Assembly: GCA_963719225.1 (NCBI GenBank)
Contig: CAVRAY010000002.1
Location: 320,001-384,000, forward strand
DNA: 64,000 bases
Direction of reading: 5' to 3'
Source: Thermoanaerobaculia bacterium
GTDB lineage: Bacteria > Acidobacteriota > Thermoanaerobaculia > UBA5066
The notes beneath the pieces are model-generated. The model saw only the letters and a list, made by a program, of their open reading frames with translations, searched no databases and had not been told where the DNA came from. Positions 33,785-44,016 of the stretch are shown piece after piece. A program made the position numbers and the translations under genes. Position 1 is the first letter of the stretch; each line of letters opens with the position of its first letter.

Positions 33785-36727
33785 TCAATGCCGCTTTTTG
33801 ACGGGTGTTCCCGGGCCAGGGCTCGCGGCCGCGTGGTGGACAGTCGCGGTGAGGTGATCCGCTAACAGGATGATCGCGTCGAAAGGCTCCAGGGTGAGGT
33901 TGCCGGTCACGGCTTGTCCGTTGTTGACGTCCGGAGCCTGGGTGCCTTTGATTCTCCGAACCCCCGTGCGATTGAAGGTCCCCGCCAGGTCGGCGGCCGA
34001 GAACGCGTGCGCCTGCGTGAGAGGATTCACCAGGACGAACCCGTTCTCGAAATCCCGCCGCCACGGGCCGACACCGCCACGATAGACGCGCACGTTGTCG
34101 ATGGCGACCTTGCCGCCGCCGGAGGTGACCGCGAAACGGATCGTCCATGGCACATTTTCCGAGACGAGAAGGGGGATATGTGCTGTCCCTGAGTCACCCG
34201 CGACGATTCCGGGGGCGGTGAAGCTGTCGAGCGAATGGCCATTGCCGAAAGCGTCAACCCGAAGACTCCCGTCAAGGGTCTCCAGGATGCGCCAGTCGAA
34301 GGTAAGGAGATACGAGTTCGACGCGAGGAGTCGAACCGCAGCCGGGTCGGTGTTGGCGCTGACGGAGGCTTGTTTCGAATGATCGGGATTGCTCACGACA
34401 AGGCTCCCGCTACCGGTGATCACTTCGCTGGCGGTGCGCGAAGCCGACGCCGCACCCGGCGGATTGGATGTGAAGGTGACCGGAAGGGAACCACTCTCGA
34501 AATCCTCTTGAAACACCAACACACCCGGCTCCGTCAGTTCCCGGGCGTCAGATAGCGATTGTCCGAGGTAGCCCTTCTTTGTCCTGTCCTTCACCGCGGC
34601 TCCACTGGAATCTACCGAGTATTCGTCAAACCACAGTGGTGCGCTCAATGAGCCGTGCAGGTCGTACCAGTAGAACCCATTGTTCAGCAACGTCGTGCCC
34701 ATTGTGAATCGGTGATTCTGAATATCGCTGCTCGTCGGAGCACTGTAGCCGCCGCCCGGGGCTGTTGCATAAGGCCCGCAGCCCTCCAGCAGGTTGATTC
34801 GCGGAACGCGGGCGATCGCCTCCATTGTCCGATAGACGTCCAGCGCCATCCTCCAGCCCGCCGGCGACAGATTCGGCAAGTAGGATCCATTCCAGCTGTA
34901 ATTCGCGCACTCGACCGAGAAGCCGTTTACATACGGCGCCAGACTCAGCTCCGGTGGGGAGCCGATGACGAGCTGCAAATCGCCGTTCCTGCTCCGCAAC
35001 TGCTGGAGCATGCCGACCGCCGCGCTTCTGGCGAGGTCGCTGACGGCCGCGGGAGTCTCGTCGCGCAGGCCGTTCCGGTTGTAGTCGACGTCGAAAAGCG
35101 CCGGATCATACCGATCGAGGATGTGAGGGTTAATCCGTCCGAAGAGGTTATCGAAGTAGAGACCGTCCCATAGCCCGGATGGAAAGAGCTCTTCGTTCAG
35201 CCAGTCGAGCAGGTAGGTGTTGTAGGTGTTGCCGTTCACCGTTGGGCAGAACGCCGAGGTATTCATCATTCTGATGAACGGATAGTCCTGCTCCGGAACG
35301 TAAGCCCCCTTCGAGTCTCTCAGATACCAGTCGTCCGCGATGCCCTGCAGAAACTGAAACGTGATATCGACGTCGCTGTCCGTGGGGGGCGGCAAAGTGG
35401 TGGCCTGCTCCTCCGCAACCCGATAGGGCAGGATCACGACGTTCTCGTTCAGCCGTCTCAGACGTCTGACCGAATCCGGGTACCGCGTCTGGGTCACGGG
35501 CTCAAGACCGATAATCACATCGGCGAAGGCGAGCGTGCTCTCGACCTCCTCGACGGAAACGCGAAAGGCCGGTCCCTCGGCTAGGCCGCCCGCCTGAGCC
35601 TGCCAGAGGCTTGTTCCCAACTGGTATTTTCCAAGACGCGGATACGGTAACCCATCCAGCTTGGCCCAGGGTGCGGGCGGCACGCCTGTTGGAATGACCG
35701 ACTTCTGAAGAATCGTGATGCCATCAATCAGCACCACCGAATCGGCCGTGGCGGAGACATTCAAGACATATGAGCTCGCCGCCGCCGTCTCGGCGCCTGC
35801 CGAGAAAGTTCCACTTTCGGCCGCATTCTTCAGAAGGGGCGCTAGGCTAACCGACGAGTGCTGGTCCGTGGTGCCGGCCGGTTGAAGCCAGAGGTAAAGG
35901 ACATTTTCGCCGCCACCCCGAGCGATGATGCGGTACTGAAACTCGACGATGTACGTCGTGCTCGTTGAAAGCGCCACTACGGTGGGTCTGGTGGCAGCGG
36001 TCCCGAACGCGCTCAGCCGAAGTGACGCCCTCCCCGCAATCACCGGTGCCGGATCCGTGACCACAGACGCGCCATTGAGCAACTGAATGCCGGGACCGAC
36101 AGTCGGGGCTAGCCGTTCCGCGTTTTCCGAGGCCACGATCTGCCCGGTGGCGGCAGCGGTGATTTGAATGTCGTCGATGGCAATCGCGCCCGTGCCCACC
36201 ACGTTCCACCGCGCTTCGTAGTCGCTGTACGGCCCCAACGTGTTTGTGAGAGTCGCCGAGCCCTCGGCGCCGGCCGGCCCCGTGATTGTCACAGACGGTA
36301 GAAAGTTCCCTGCGGCACCCGCGGTCGGCGAGAAGAAGAGGATTTCGAAGCCGCGATCCGGGGCCGTGACGATTCGATAGCGGAATGTCACCCGGTATGT
36401 CTGGTTGGATACAAACGCGACGGTGCTCGGGAGCGTGCGGAGGTACGGAGTGAACGAGCCCGTTGCGGAATAGGTGCCCTTGATGGAATGAGTCCCGGCG
36501 ATCACTTCGGCCGGGGTTGAGGTGATCGTACCGGCGCGGTCCAAAACGAAGCCCGCGGAAAGCGCCGGAGCGACCGTCTCGACGTCATCGAAATACACCT
36601 GTTTGTACTCCGCCTGGTACCGCACGGGCTGAGCTTCCGTTGGAAGGGCGCGTGAAAGAGCGAGCAGAGAGAGTTCTGCGAAGAGCCTCAGCCGGCTGGC
36701 CGCGTTGGACTTTGTCCGGCCGATCAC
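33785..36727 (-). CDS. large secreted protein: putative glycoside-hydrolase-like barrel with three CBM-like repeats
   Basis: Signal peptide; WYLRDSKG, WDGLYFDN, WFDEY, WRRDFENG resemble GHL15-type putative hydrolases; atypical base composition. Confidence 0.7.
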   Translation of the reverse strand: MIGRTKSNAASRLRLFAELSLLALSRALPTEAQPVRYQAEYKQVYFDDVETVAPALSAGFVLDRAGTITSTPAEVIAGTHSIKGTYSATGSFTPYLRTLPSTVAFVSNQTYRVTFRYRIVTAPDRGFEILFFSPTAGAAGNFLPSVTITGPAGAEGSATLTNTLGPYSDYEARWNVVGTGAIAIDDIQITAAATGQIVASENAERLAPTVGPGIQLLNGASVVTDPAPVIAGRASLRLSAFGTAATRPTVVALSTSTTYIVEFQYRIIARGGGENVLYLWLQPAGTTDQHSSVSLAPLLKNAAESGTFSAGAETAAASSYVLNVSATADSVVLIDGITILQKSVIPTGVPPAPWAKLDGLPYPRLGKYQLGTSLWQAQAGGLAEGPAFRVSVEEVESTLAFADVIIGLEPVTQTRYPDSVRRLRRLNENVVILPYRVAEEQATTLPPPTDSDVDITFQFLQGIADDWYLRDSKGAYVPEQDYPFIRMMNTSAFCPTVNGNTYNTYLLDWLNEELFPSGLWDGLYFDNLFGRINPHILDRYDPALFDVDYNRNGLRDETPAAVSDLARSAAVGMLQQLRSRNGDLQLVIGSPPELSLAPYVNGFSVECANYSWNGSYLPNLSPAGWRMALDVYRTMEAIARVPRINLLEGCGPYATAPGGGYSAPTSSDIQNHRFTMGTTLLNNGFYWYDLHGSLSAPLWFDEYSVDSSGAAVKDRTKKGYLGQSLSDARELTEPGVLVFQEDFESGSLPVTFTSNPPGAASASRTASEVITGSGSLVVSNPDHSKQASVSANTDPAAVRLLASNSYLLTFDWRILETLDGSLRVDAFGNGHSLDSFTAPGIVAGDSGTAHIPLLVSENVPWTIRFAVTSGGGKVAIDNVRVYRGGVGPWRRDFENGFVLVNPLTQAHAFSAADLAGTFNRTGVRRIKGTQAPDVNNGQAVTGNLTLEPFDAIILLADHLTATVHHAAASPGPGTPVKKRH

Positions 36728-36824
36728 TGTGGAAACCTCAGCCTCGACATCATATCGTCCCGCGAGGGCCCCCGCGCTCCTCCGTGCGTTCCCGTAAGAT
36801 CAGCGGTCCGCTCGTGCGGCTCCG

Positions 36825-38624
36825 ATGAACGACGCCTCCCACATCCGCAATTTCTCGATCGTCGCCCACATCGACCACGGGAAGACGACGCTGTCCGACC
36901 GGATCCTCGAGATCACGGGCGCCCTGACCGCGCGCGAGATGACGGAGCAGGTCCTCGACGACAACCCGATCGAGAAGGAGCGCGGCATCACGATCAAGGC
37001 GCGCTCGGTCACGCTGAAATACAGGGCCGAGGACGGGACGGACTACGTCCTGAACCTCATCGACACGCCCGGGCACGTGGACTTCACGTACGAGGTCTCA
37101 CGCTCGCTCGCCGCGTGCGAGGCGGCCGTCCTCGTCGTGGACGCGACGCAGGGGGTCGAAGCGCAGACGCTCGCGAACGCCTACCTCGCGATCCACAACG
37201 ACCTCACGATCGTCCCGTGCATCAACAAAGTCGACCTGCCGTCCGCCGTCCCCGAGATGGCGCGCGAGCAGATCGAGGAGATCATCGGGATTCCCGCGCG
37301 GCATGCGGTGCTGACGTCGGGCAAGGTCGGAACGGGCGTGCGCGATCTGCTCGAGGAGATCGTTCACCTGGTGCCCCCTCCGACGGGAGATCCTCTGGCC
37401 CCGCTCAAGGCGTTGCTCTTCGACTCGTGGTTCGACCTCTACCGCGGCGTCACCTGCCTCGTGCGCGTCCGCGAGGGCACTTTGAAGCCGGGCATGAGGA
37501 TCCGCATGATGGGCACGGGTTTCGGAGGGGAGGTCCAGGAGGTCGGGATCTTCAACCCGAAGCAGCAGGTCGTGCCGGAGCTTTCCGTGGGCGAAGTCGG
37601 CTACGTCATCGCGGGCATCAAGGACCTCCACGCCGCGAAGATCGGGGACACCGTGACGGACGCCGAGCGGCCGACCGCCGAGGCTCTTCCCGGTTTCCTG
37701 GACGTCAAGCCGATGGTGTTCGCGTCGATCTTTCCGACGGAGACCGACGCCTACGAGGACCTGAGGGACGCGATGGAGAAGCTCCGCCTCAACGACGCAT
37801 CCTTCTCCTTCGAGCCCGAGTCCTCGACGGCTCTGGGCTTCGGCTTTCGCTGCGGCTACCTCGGCCTCCTCCACATGGAGATCGTCCAGGAGCGCCTCGA
37901 GCGCGAGTTCAACCTCTCGCTCATCACGACGGCACCCTCGGTGCCCTACAGGGTGACGACGACGCGCGGGCAGGAGCTCGAGATCTCGAATCCGGTGAAG
38001 CTTCCCGAGGTCCAGCTCATCGACGAGATCCGGGAGCCCTACATCCTCGCGACCATCATCACGAAGGACGAGTATCTCGGCGGAATCCTCGCCCTCGCCG
38101 AGGAAAGGCGTGGCACGCAGGTCTCGCTCGGATACGCGGGCACGCAGCGCGCCGTCCTCAAGTACGAGCTACCCCTGAACGAGGTCATTCTCGACTTCTA
38201 CGACAAGCTCAAGTCGCTCTCGAGGGGCTACGCCTCCTTCGATTACCAGCTCATCGATTACCGGCCCGGGGACCTCGTGAAGCTCGACATCCTCATCAAC
38301 GGCGAGCCCGTCGACGCGCTCGCCTTCATCGTTCACCGGAGCAAGGCGCCGGCGAAGGGCCGCGCGCTCGTCGACAAGATGAAGGAGATGATTCCGCAGC
38401 AGATGTTCGAGGTCGTGATCCAGGCGGCGATCGGGTCGAAGATCCTCGCGCGCTCGACGGTGAAGGCGCTGCGCAAGAACGTGCTCGCGAAATGCTACGG
38501 CGGCGACATCACGCGCAAGAAAAAGCTGCTCGAGAAGCAGAAGGAAGGCAAGCGGCGCATGAAGAAGGTCGGCCGCGTCGAGTTGCCCCAGGAAGCCTTC
38601 CTCGCGGTCCTCAAGGTCGAATGA
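36825..38624 (+). CDS. lepA: elongation factor 4
   Basis: [37 protein letters not shown]. Confidence 0.99.
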   Translation: MNDASHIRNFSIVAHIDHGKTTLSDRILEITGALTAREMTEQVLDDNPIEKERGITIKARSVTLKYRAEDGTDYVLNLIDTPGHVDFTYEVSRSLAACEAAVLVVDATQGVEAQTLANAYLAIHNDLTIVPCINKVDLPSAVPEMAREQIEEIIGIPARHAVLTSGKVGTGVRDLLEEIVHLVPPPTGDPLAPLKALLFDSWFDLYRGVTCLVRVREGTLKPGMRIRMMGTGFGGEVQEVGIFNPKQQVVPELSVGEVGYVIAGIKDLHAAKIGDTVTDAERPTAEALPGFLDVKPMVFASIFPTETDAYEDLRDAMEKLRLNDASFSFEPESSTALGFGFRCGYLGLLHMEIVQERLEREFNLSLITTAPSVPYRVTTTRGQELEISNPVKLPEVQLIDEIREPYILATIITKDEYLGGILALAEERRGTQVSLGYAGTQRAVLKYELPLNEVILDFYDKLKSLSRGYASFDYQLIDYRPGDLVKLDILINGEPVDALAFIVHRSKAPAKGRALVDKMKEMIPQQMFEVVIQAAIGSKILARSTVKALRKNVLAKCYGGDITRKKKLLEKQKEGKRRMKKVGRVELPQEAFLAVLKVE

Positions 38625-39304
38625 CGAATCCCGCGAGGCGATTCACCGAGACCGTCGAGGCCGTCCTCGTCGCCGCCGCGCTCGCCCTCGTGTTCAAGGG
38701 TTTCGTCTTCCAGATCTTCCACGTGCCGAGCTCTTCGATGGAGGACACGGTCCTCACGGGCGACTATGTGCTCGTGAACAAGTTCGCGTACGGACCGCAT
38801 CGGGGGTTTTGGGCCCGCGTTCTGCCGTACCGGGACCTCGCGCGGGGCGACGTCGTCGTCTTCCGGTATCCGCCCGATCCCGGCCGGGACCTGATCAAGC
38901 GGACGGTCGCGGTGGCGGGCGACCGGATCGAAGTCGCGGGGAAGGCGCTGCGGGTGAACGGGTTGGAACGCGTCGAGCCCTACGCCGTGCATCGGGACGC
39001 GACCACCTATGGCGAGGGGGCGCCGCCTTCCCTCCTCCGGCGCGACCGATTCGGGCCGCTCGACGTCGCCTCCGGGCATTTCTTCGCGATGGGCGACAAC
39101 CGCGACGAGTCCCAGGATTCGCGCTTCTGGGGGCCGGTCCCGTACGCGCACCTCGAGGGGCGCGCCGTCTCGGTCCTCTGGTCCGTCCGCGAAGGACCTC
39201 GCGCTTTCACGGGCCGCGGAGCCGCGTTACGCCGTTTCCTCGATACCGCGCTAAACTTTTTATCCCGGACACGCTGGAAGAGAAGCTTCCACGCCATTCA
39301 CTAG
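38621..39304 (+). CDS. lepB: signal peptidase I
   Basis: [28 protein letters not shown]. Confidence 0.95.
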   Translation: MTNPARRFTETVEAVLVAAALALVFKGFVFQIFHVPSSSMEDTVLTGDYVLVNKFAYGPHRGFWARVLPYRDLARGDVVVFRYPPDPGRDLIKRTVAVAGDRIEVAGKALRVNGLERVEPYAVHRDATTYGEGAPPSLLRRDRFGPLDVASGHFFAMGDNRDESQDSRFWGPVPYAHLEGRAVSVLWSVREGPRAFTGRGAALRRFLDTALNFLSRTRWKRSFHAIH

Positions 39305-39338
39305 TGCGCGGCCGCGCCCGCGCCGGAAGGAGAACACG

Positions 39339-39707
39339 ATGCGGAGAACCGCCACGGGCAGCCGGCGAGGGGAAGGGGCCCTCGGGCTCATCGTCGGGCT
39401 AGGCGTTCTGTTCGTCGTCGTCGTCGCCCTCGTGCGCATCCTTCCATTGCACATTCACGGAAACGAGGTTCTCGACTCGATGAACGAAGCGGCCAACTTC
39501 GGCGGATTGAAAGGCCCCGACAAGCTGAAGATGGACATCTACCTGAAGGCGCAGGATGCGAAAGTGCCTCTGAAGCTCGACGCGATTCGCATCGATCGCA
39601 GCGGCCAGTACATCACCATCTCGGCCCAGTACGAGCAGACGGCGGACATCTTCGGGTACAAGTACGTGTACAAGTTCGACAAGAAGGTGGAGAAGCCGGT
39701 CTTCTGA
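39339..39707 (+). CDS. DUF4845-like pilin-like membrane protein
   Basis: RG followed by hydrophobic helix; position after lepB. Confidence 0.65.
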   Translation: MRRTATGSRRGEGALGLIVGLGVLFVVVVALVRILPLHIHGNEVLDSMNEAANFGGLKGPDKLKMDIYLKAQDAKVPLKLDAIRIDRSGQYITISAQYEQTADIFGYKYVYKFDKKVEKPVF

Positions 39708-39727
39708 TCCTGCTTCAGTCTTGCCGT

Positions 39728-40135
39728 ATGTCTCCCCGCGACGAGGACACGCCGCCGCTCACCGAGGTCCGGCTCGATGTCTGGCTGGACGTTTCATGCC
39801 TCTTTCCAACCCGCTCCCGGGCCGCGGCCGCGTGCGCTGGGGGCAAGGTCGATCTGAACGGTCGCGCAGCCGCCGCGCACAAGCTCGTTCGCGCCGGCGA
39901 CCGGCTGAAGATCACGTTCCCGCGCGGCCACCGGACGTTTCTCGTCAAGGGGCTCCTGGAAAGGCACGTTCCGAGGGCGGCGGCACGGGCGCTTTACGAC
40001 GAGACGACGCCCCCGCTGCCGCCCGAGGTCCTCGAAGCCCGCCGTCTCGAGCGCCTCTTGGCGCCCCGTGAGTCGGGCGGCTCGCGCCCGACGAAGAAGG
40101 AACGTCGCCAGCGCGAGAGGGCGCGCGGGTGGTGA
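39728..40135 (+). CDS. S4-domain RNA-binding protein (Hsp15/HslR-like)
   Basis: RLDVWL, TRSRA, LYDET, RPTKKERR. Confidence 0.92.
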   Translation: MSPRDEDTPPLTEVRLDVWLDVSCLFPTRSRAAAACAGGKVDLNGRAAAAHKLVRAGDRLKITFPRGHRTFLVKGLLERHVPRAAARALYDETTPPLPPEVLEARRLERLLAPRESGGSRPTKKERRQRERARGW

Positions 40136-41115
40136 GGCGGCGCGCACGCCCGAGGCTCTACGAGGTTCTCCTTCTCGCCGACGTCGTCGTCGTCATCCTT
40201 CTTCTGAGGACGCGCGCCCGAATCAACCTCGACGTCGTCCGGACGCTTCTCGACTTGCGCCCGTTCGTCGCGTTCCTGGCACTCGTCCTCCTTGGATGCA
40301 TCCTCCTCCGCGCTCTCCTCGCGGCGCGCCGGGGATGGCGGCGCGGACTCGCGCGTCTCCGTGCGATGTTGAAGCTCCGGTCCCTCGGCGACCTCGTCCG
40401 CTTTCTGGCGGCGGTGGCGCTCACCTCGTATGCCTACAGCTGGCTGAAGGTCGCGGTTCCCCTGCTCCGTCCCGACGTTCTCTACGATCCGGATTTGTTC
40501 CGCGTGGAGACCGCGCTCCACTTCGGGGTCAACCCCGGGCGCCTCTTTCAGGGACTCTTGCCGTATCCGGTGCTCTGGCGGGCCCTCGACGCGACCTACG
40601 GAACTTTCATTTTCACGGTGATCGCGGGTCTCGGATGGTTCGGCGCGACGCTCTCGATGCGGGATCGCGCGCGCTTTGCAGCGGGCTTCGCGTTCCTCTG
40701 GATCTCGGGATCGTGGTTCTATCTCGCCGTCCCTTCTCTCGGCCCGTGTTACGTCCTCAAGGACGACTACACCGAGATCCGCGCGTCGATGCCGTCGCAG
40801 TCGGCGACGATGGACCTCCTGTTCGCCCACTACGGGCGCGTGCGCGCCTTCCACCGGCGGCCCGAGGGGTCGGATCTCGCCCCATACCTCGGGGTCGCCG
40901 CGATGCCGTCCCTGCACGTCGGCGCCCAGGCGTTTCTCATGCTCTTCGCTCGCCGGCGTTCGCGCGCCGTCTTCCTCATCTTCGCCGTCCTGACCGCGGT
41001 CACCTTCTTCACGGCCGTCGTGAGCGGCTGGCATTACGCGATCGACGGCTATGTCGCTCTCGTCCTGGCGTGGGTCGCATTCGCAGCCGGGAATCGGAGC
41101 GTCCCTTCCGCGTAA
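40132..41115 (+). CDS. PAP2-superfamily (Aur1/IPC-synthase-like) membrane protein
   Basis: Multiple TM helices, PSLGP, AAMPSLHV, GWHYAIDG. Confidence 0.85.
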   Translation: MRRRARPRLYEVLLLADVVVVILLLRTRARINLDVVRTLLDLRPFVAFLALVLLGCILLRALLAARRGWRRGLARLRAMLKLRSLGDLVRFLAAVALTSYAYSWLKVAVPLLRPDVLYDPDLFRVETALHFGVNPGRLFQGLLPYPVLWRALDATYGTFIFTVIAGLGWFGATLSMRDRARFAAGFAFLWISGSWFYLAVPSLGPCYVLKDDYTEIRASMPSQSATMDLLFAHYGRVRAFHRRPEGSDLAPYLGVAAMPSLHVGAQAFLMLFARRRSRAVFLIFAVLTAVTFFTAVVSGWHYAIDGYVALVLAWVAFAAGNRSVPSA

Positions 41116-41125
41116 CATCCCCGCG

Positions 41126-42343
41126 ATGCGGGTTCTCCTCTTCACGGGCAAGGGCGGCGTCGGCAAGACGACCGTCGCCGCGGCGACGGGCCTGACGCTC
41201 GCGGCGCGCGGCCTCAAGACGCTCGTGATGTCGGTGGACGCCGCGCACTCCCTCGCGGACGCCTTCGACCGCGACGTCGCGCTCACGGATCACGCCCACG
41301 GAGCGGCCGTTGCCGTGGCCGACAACCTGTGGATCCAGGAGGTCGACGTCACCGAGGAGATCGGCCGCCACTGGAAGGACATTTCCGGCTACATCACGAC
41401 GCTCCTCGCCGTCACCGGCGTCGAGGAGGTTCTCGCCGAGGAGCTTGCGATCTTCCCGGGCATGGAGGAGGTCTCGGCGCTGCTCTACGTGAACCAGTAC
41501 GCGCGCGAGAAGGCCTTCGACGTCCTGATCCTCGACTGCGCTCCCACGGGCGAGTCGCTGCGGTTCGTGTCGCTTCCGCCCACCCTCGAGTGGTACATGA
41601 AGAAGCTCTTCCGGCTCGAGCGCTCGCTCCTCAAGGTCGCGAGGCCGGTCGCGAAGAAGGTGAGCGACCTGCCGCTCCCGCCGGACCGGTATTTCGCGAA
41701 CGTGCAGTCTCTCGCGCAGAAGCTCGAGGGCGTCGATGCTCTCCTCAAGGATCCCGGAACGACGACCGTGCGGCTCGTGACGAACGCCGAGAAGATCGTC
41801 ATCAAGGAGACGCAGCGGGCCTTCATGTATTTCGGCCTCTACGGCTTCACGGTCGATGCCGTGATCGTGAACCGCCTCCTGCCGGAGGGCGTCCTGGACC
41901 CCTTCTTCTCCAAGTGGAGGAAGACCCAGGGCGTCTTCCTCGAGGAGGCGCGGAGCTATTTCGATCCGGTTCCGGTGTTCACGCTGCCGCTCCGCGACGA
42001 TCAGGTCCTCGGCTCGGCGGCCCTCCTCGAGCTCGGAAAAGAGCTGTGGGGCGAGAAGGACCCCGCCGCCGCCTTCCGCTCGGATCCCCCGTATCGCTAC
42101 GCGAAGCGGAACGGAAGATACGTGCTCACGCTCGACCTTCCGTTCGTCGACCGGAGCGAAGTGGACCTCGCCATGGCGTCCGGAGACCTCGTCGTGCGCA
42201 TCGGCAACGTCCGCCATCACATCCCCGTTCCGCGGATGCTCGCGGGCCTCTCGCCCTCCGGGGCGAAGGTCGAGGACGGCAAGCTCACGGTGCGCTTCGA
42301 AAAGGCTCTCGGCACGAGGGAGGATGCGAGGAGTTTTTCCTAG
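41126..42343 (+). CDS. ArsA/Get3-family ATPase with C-terminal HSP20-like domain (Get3d-like)
   Basis: GKGGVGKTT, DAAHSLAD, PGMEE, DCAPTGE; tail LTLDLPF...LVVRIG...AKVEDGKLTVRF. Confidence 0.92.
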   Translation: MRVLLFTGKGGVGKTTVAAATGLTLAARGLKTLVMSVDAAHSLADAFDRDVALTDHAHGAAVAVADNLWIQEVDVTEEIGRHWKDISGYITTLLAVTGVEEVLAEELAIFPGMEEVSALLYVNQYAREKAFDVLILDCAPTGESLRFVSLPPTLEWYMKKLFRLERSLLKVARPVAKKVSDLPLPPDRYFANVQSLAQKLEGVDALLKDPGTTTVRLVTNAEKIVIKETQRAFMYFGLYGFTVDAVIVNRLLPEGVLDPFFSKWRKTQGVFLEEARSYFDPVPVFTLPLRDDQVLGSAALLELGKELWGEKDPAAAFRSDPPYRYAKRNGRYVLTLDLPFVDRSEVDLAMASGDLVVRIGNVRHHIPVPRMLAGLSPSGAKVEDGKLTVRFEKALGTREDARSFS

Positions 42344-42362
42344 AAGGGAAAGTGAGGGCGGC

Positions 42363-42770
42363 ATGCCTGACGAATCCGATTCTGAGCGCACCGACGCGGC
42401 CACGAGACCCCGCCGCCGCGCACGCCGCAAGCCGGCCGGGCGGAAGCCCCTTCCGTCCTCTTTCGAAGAAAGATTCGGACCCGGACCAGCCGAAGGGCCG
42501 GAGCGAGCCGCGAAAGAGAGAGGCGGCCCGATCCCCGGACTCGCCTGCGCGGGAGAGGGCTGCATCTTCAAGCCCGCCGCGGACCTGGTCGGACGATTCT
42601 CGCTCCGTCTCTCGCGCGGGCACGCCGGCACGCTCTCTCGCGCCGCGACCTCCGGCATCGAATTCATGAAGGCGCTGCGCGACTTCCTCGACGAGGAGAT
42701 CGCGCTCGCCGAGCGCGCCGCCCGGGGCGGCGCGAAGCGCTCGCACTTCGAGAAGATCGAAGTCGAATGA
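42363..42770 (+). CDS. small hypothetical protein, probable ArsA partner (DUF5304-like)
   Basis: GAGGG SD; Cys pair, helical core, C-terminal KIEVE; overlaps next gene (ATGA). Confidence 0.7.
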   Translation: MPDESDSERTDAATRPRRRARRKPAGRKPLPSSFEERFGPGPAEGPERAAKERGGPIPGLACAGEGCIFKPAADLVGRFSLRLSRGHAGTLSRAATSGIEFMKALRDFLDEEIALAERAARGGAKRSHFEKIEVE

Positions 42771-43177
42771 TGCGGACCACCGGGATCCGGCTTCTCGTGT
42801 GTCTTTCGGCCGCGGCTCTCGGCTTCTTTCTCGGGGGTTGTCCTTCCAAGGACGACATGACCGGACCGAACGGACAGGCGAGCCCGACCCCGACGTCCAC
42901 GACCACCCCTCCCGTCTCCGTCTCGCCGCCGGGAACTCCGCCCTTCTCGACGCCGACTCCGACCGTGGTCTTCACCGGAACGCCGCCCACCGCGACGCCG
43001 ACGTCCGGGCTCGGATCGACGCCCGCGACGTTCACACCCACGGTTGCTCCGCCGACGCCGACGCCGGCCGGAACACCGACGGTGACGCCCGTACCGCCGA
43101 GCCCCACGGCGACGCCCTTTGCCGGCACGCCGACTGCGACCCCGTTCGGCGGCATTCCGACGCCGACTCCGGGCTGA
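42767..43177 (+). CDS. Thr/Pro-rich lipoprotein
   Basis: Lipobox FLGG-C, then low-complexity TP repeats. Confidence 0.78.
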   Translation: MMRTTGIRLLVCLSAAALGFFLGGCPSKDDMTGPNGQASPTPTSTTTPPVSVSPPGTPPFSTPTPTVVFTGTPPTATPTSGLGSTPATFTPTVAPPTPTPAGTPTVTPVPPSPTATPFAGTPTATPFGGIPTPTPG

Positions 43178-43206
43178 GAGGTCCTTCCTCGAGCGGTGAA
43201 GGGGGC

Positions 43207-43236
43207 AAGGGGGAAACACGACCGTGTTTCCCCCTT
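43207..43236. terminator. perfect hairpin between convergent genes
   Basis: AAGGGGGAAACACG-AC-CGTGTTTCCCCCTT. Confidence 0.6.
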
Positions 43237-43248
43237 CGCTCGCAGCTG

Positions 43249-44016
43249 CTAGCGCGCCTTACTCTGGCGCGTGCGAAGCACGCGGCGCGCTAGCGTGATC
43301 TCCCCGACGATCGCGCGCGCGGCCGCCGCGGGGTCTTTCGCGCCGGTGATCGGGCGCCCGACGACGAGAAGGTCCGCACCCGCGCGGACCGATTCCGAAG
43401 GCGTGGCGATACGGCGTTGATCGCCCGGAGCCGTGGCCTGGGGCCTCACGCCGGGCACGACGAGGAAGAAGTCCTCCCCACACGCCGCGCGGATCTCTCC
43501 GACCTCCTCGGCCGAGCAGACGACGCCGTCCAGGCCCGATTCTCTCGCGAGCGTCGCGAGTCGAAGCGCGGACGCGCGCGGTGAGCCTTCGAGACCGACG
43601 GCCCTGACCGCTGCCGCGTCGAGAGACGTGAGGATCGTCACGGCGACCAGCTTCGGCACCGGGAAGGCCCCTTTCGCGGCGGCATCGCGGGCCCCCTCGC
43701 CGAAGGCCTTCATCATCTCCGTCCCGCCGAGGGCATGGCAGTTCACGAGGGAGGCGCCTGTCCTCGCGGCGGCGGCGGCCGCCCGGGACACGGTGTTCGG
43801 GATGTCGTGGAGCTTGAGGTCGAGGAAGACCGGAGCGCCGAGAGCGACGACCTCCCGAACGATCCGGGGTCCTTCCGAGACGAAAGCCTGAAGGCCCAGC
43901 TTCAGGAAGCCGACCTCGGGAGCGAGCTTCTTCGCGACCGCGAGGATCTCGTCGCGGGCGTCCAGGTCCAGCGCGACGGCGAGAGACGCCCGGGCGTCGG
44001 GCATCCGGGTCGTCAT
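43249..44016 (-). CDS. pyrF: orotidine-5'-phosphate decarboxylase
   Basis: [35 protein letters not shown]. Confidence 0.97.
   Translation of the reverse strand: MTTRMPDARASLAVALDLDARDEILAVAKKLAPEVGFLKLGLQAFVSEGPRIVREVVALGAPVFLDLKLHDIPNTVSRAAAAAARTGASLVNCHALGGTEMMKAFGEGARDAAAKGAFPVPKLVAVTILTSLDAAAVRAVGLEGSPRASALRLATLARESGLDGVVCSAEEVGEIRAACGEDFFLVVPGVRPQATAPGDQRRIATPSESVRAGADLLVVGRPITGAKDPAAAARAIVGEITLARRVLRTRQSKAR

Noticed and set aside
33785-36727. Mobile element or prophage at the atypical-composition gene
   Set aside because: No integrase, transposase, att repeats or target-site duplication visible
41126-42343. Arsenic-resistance ArsA
   Set aside because: Single ATPase domain with an HSP20-like tail, only one Cys, no ars genes nearby
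42860-43175. CRISPR or tandem DNA array
   Set aside because: Repetition reflects Thr/Pro codons; no fixed-length repeat-spacer pattern or cas genes seen in the window
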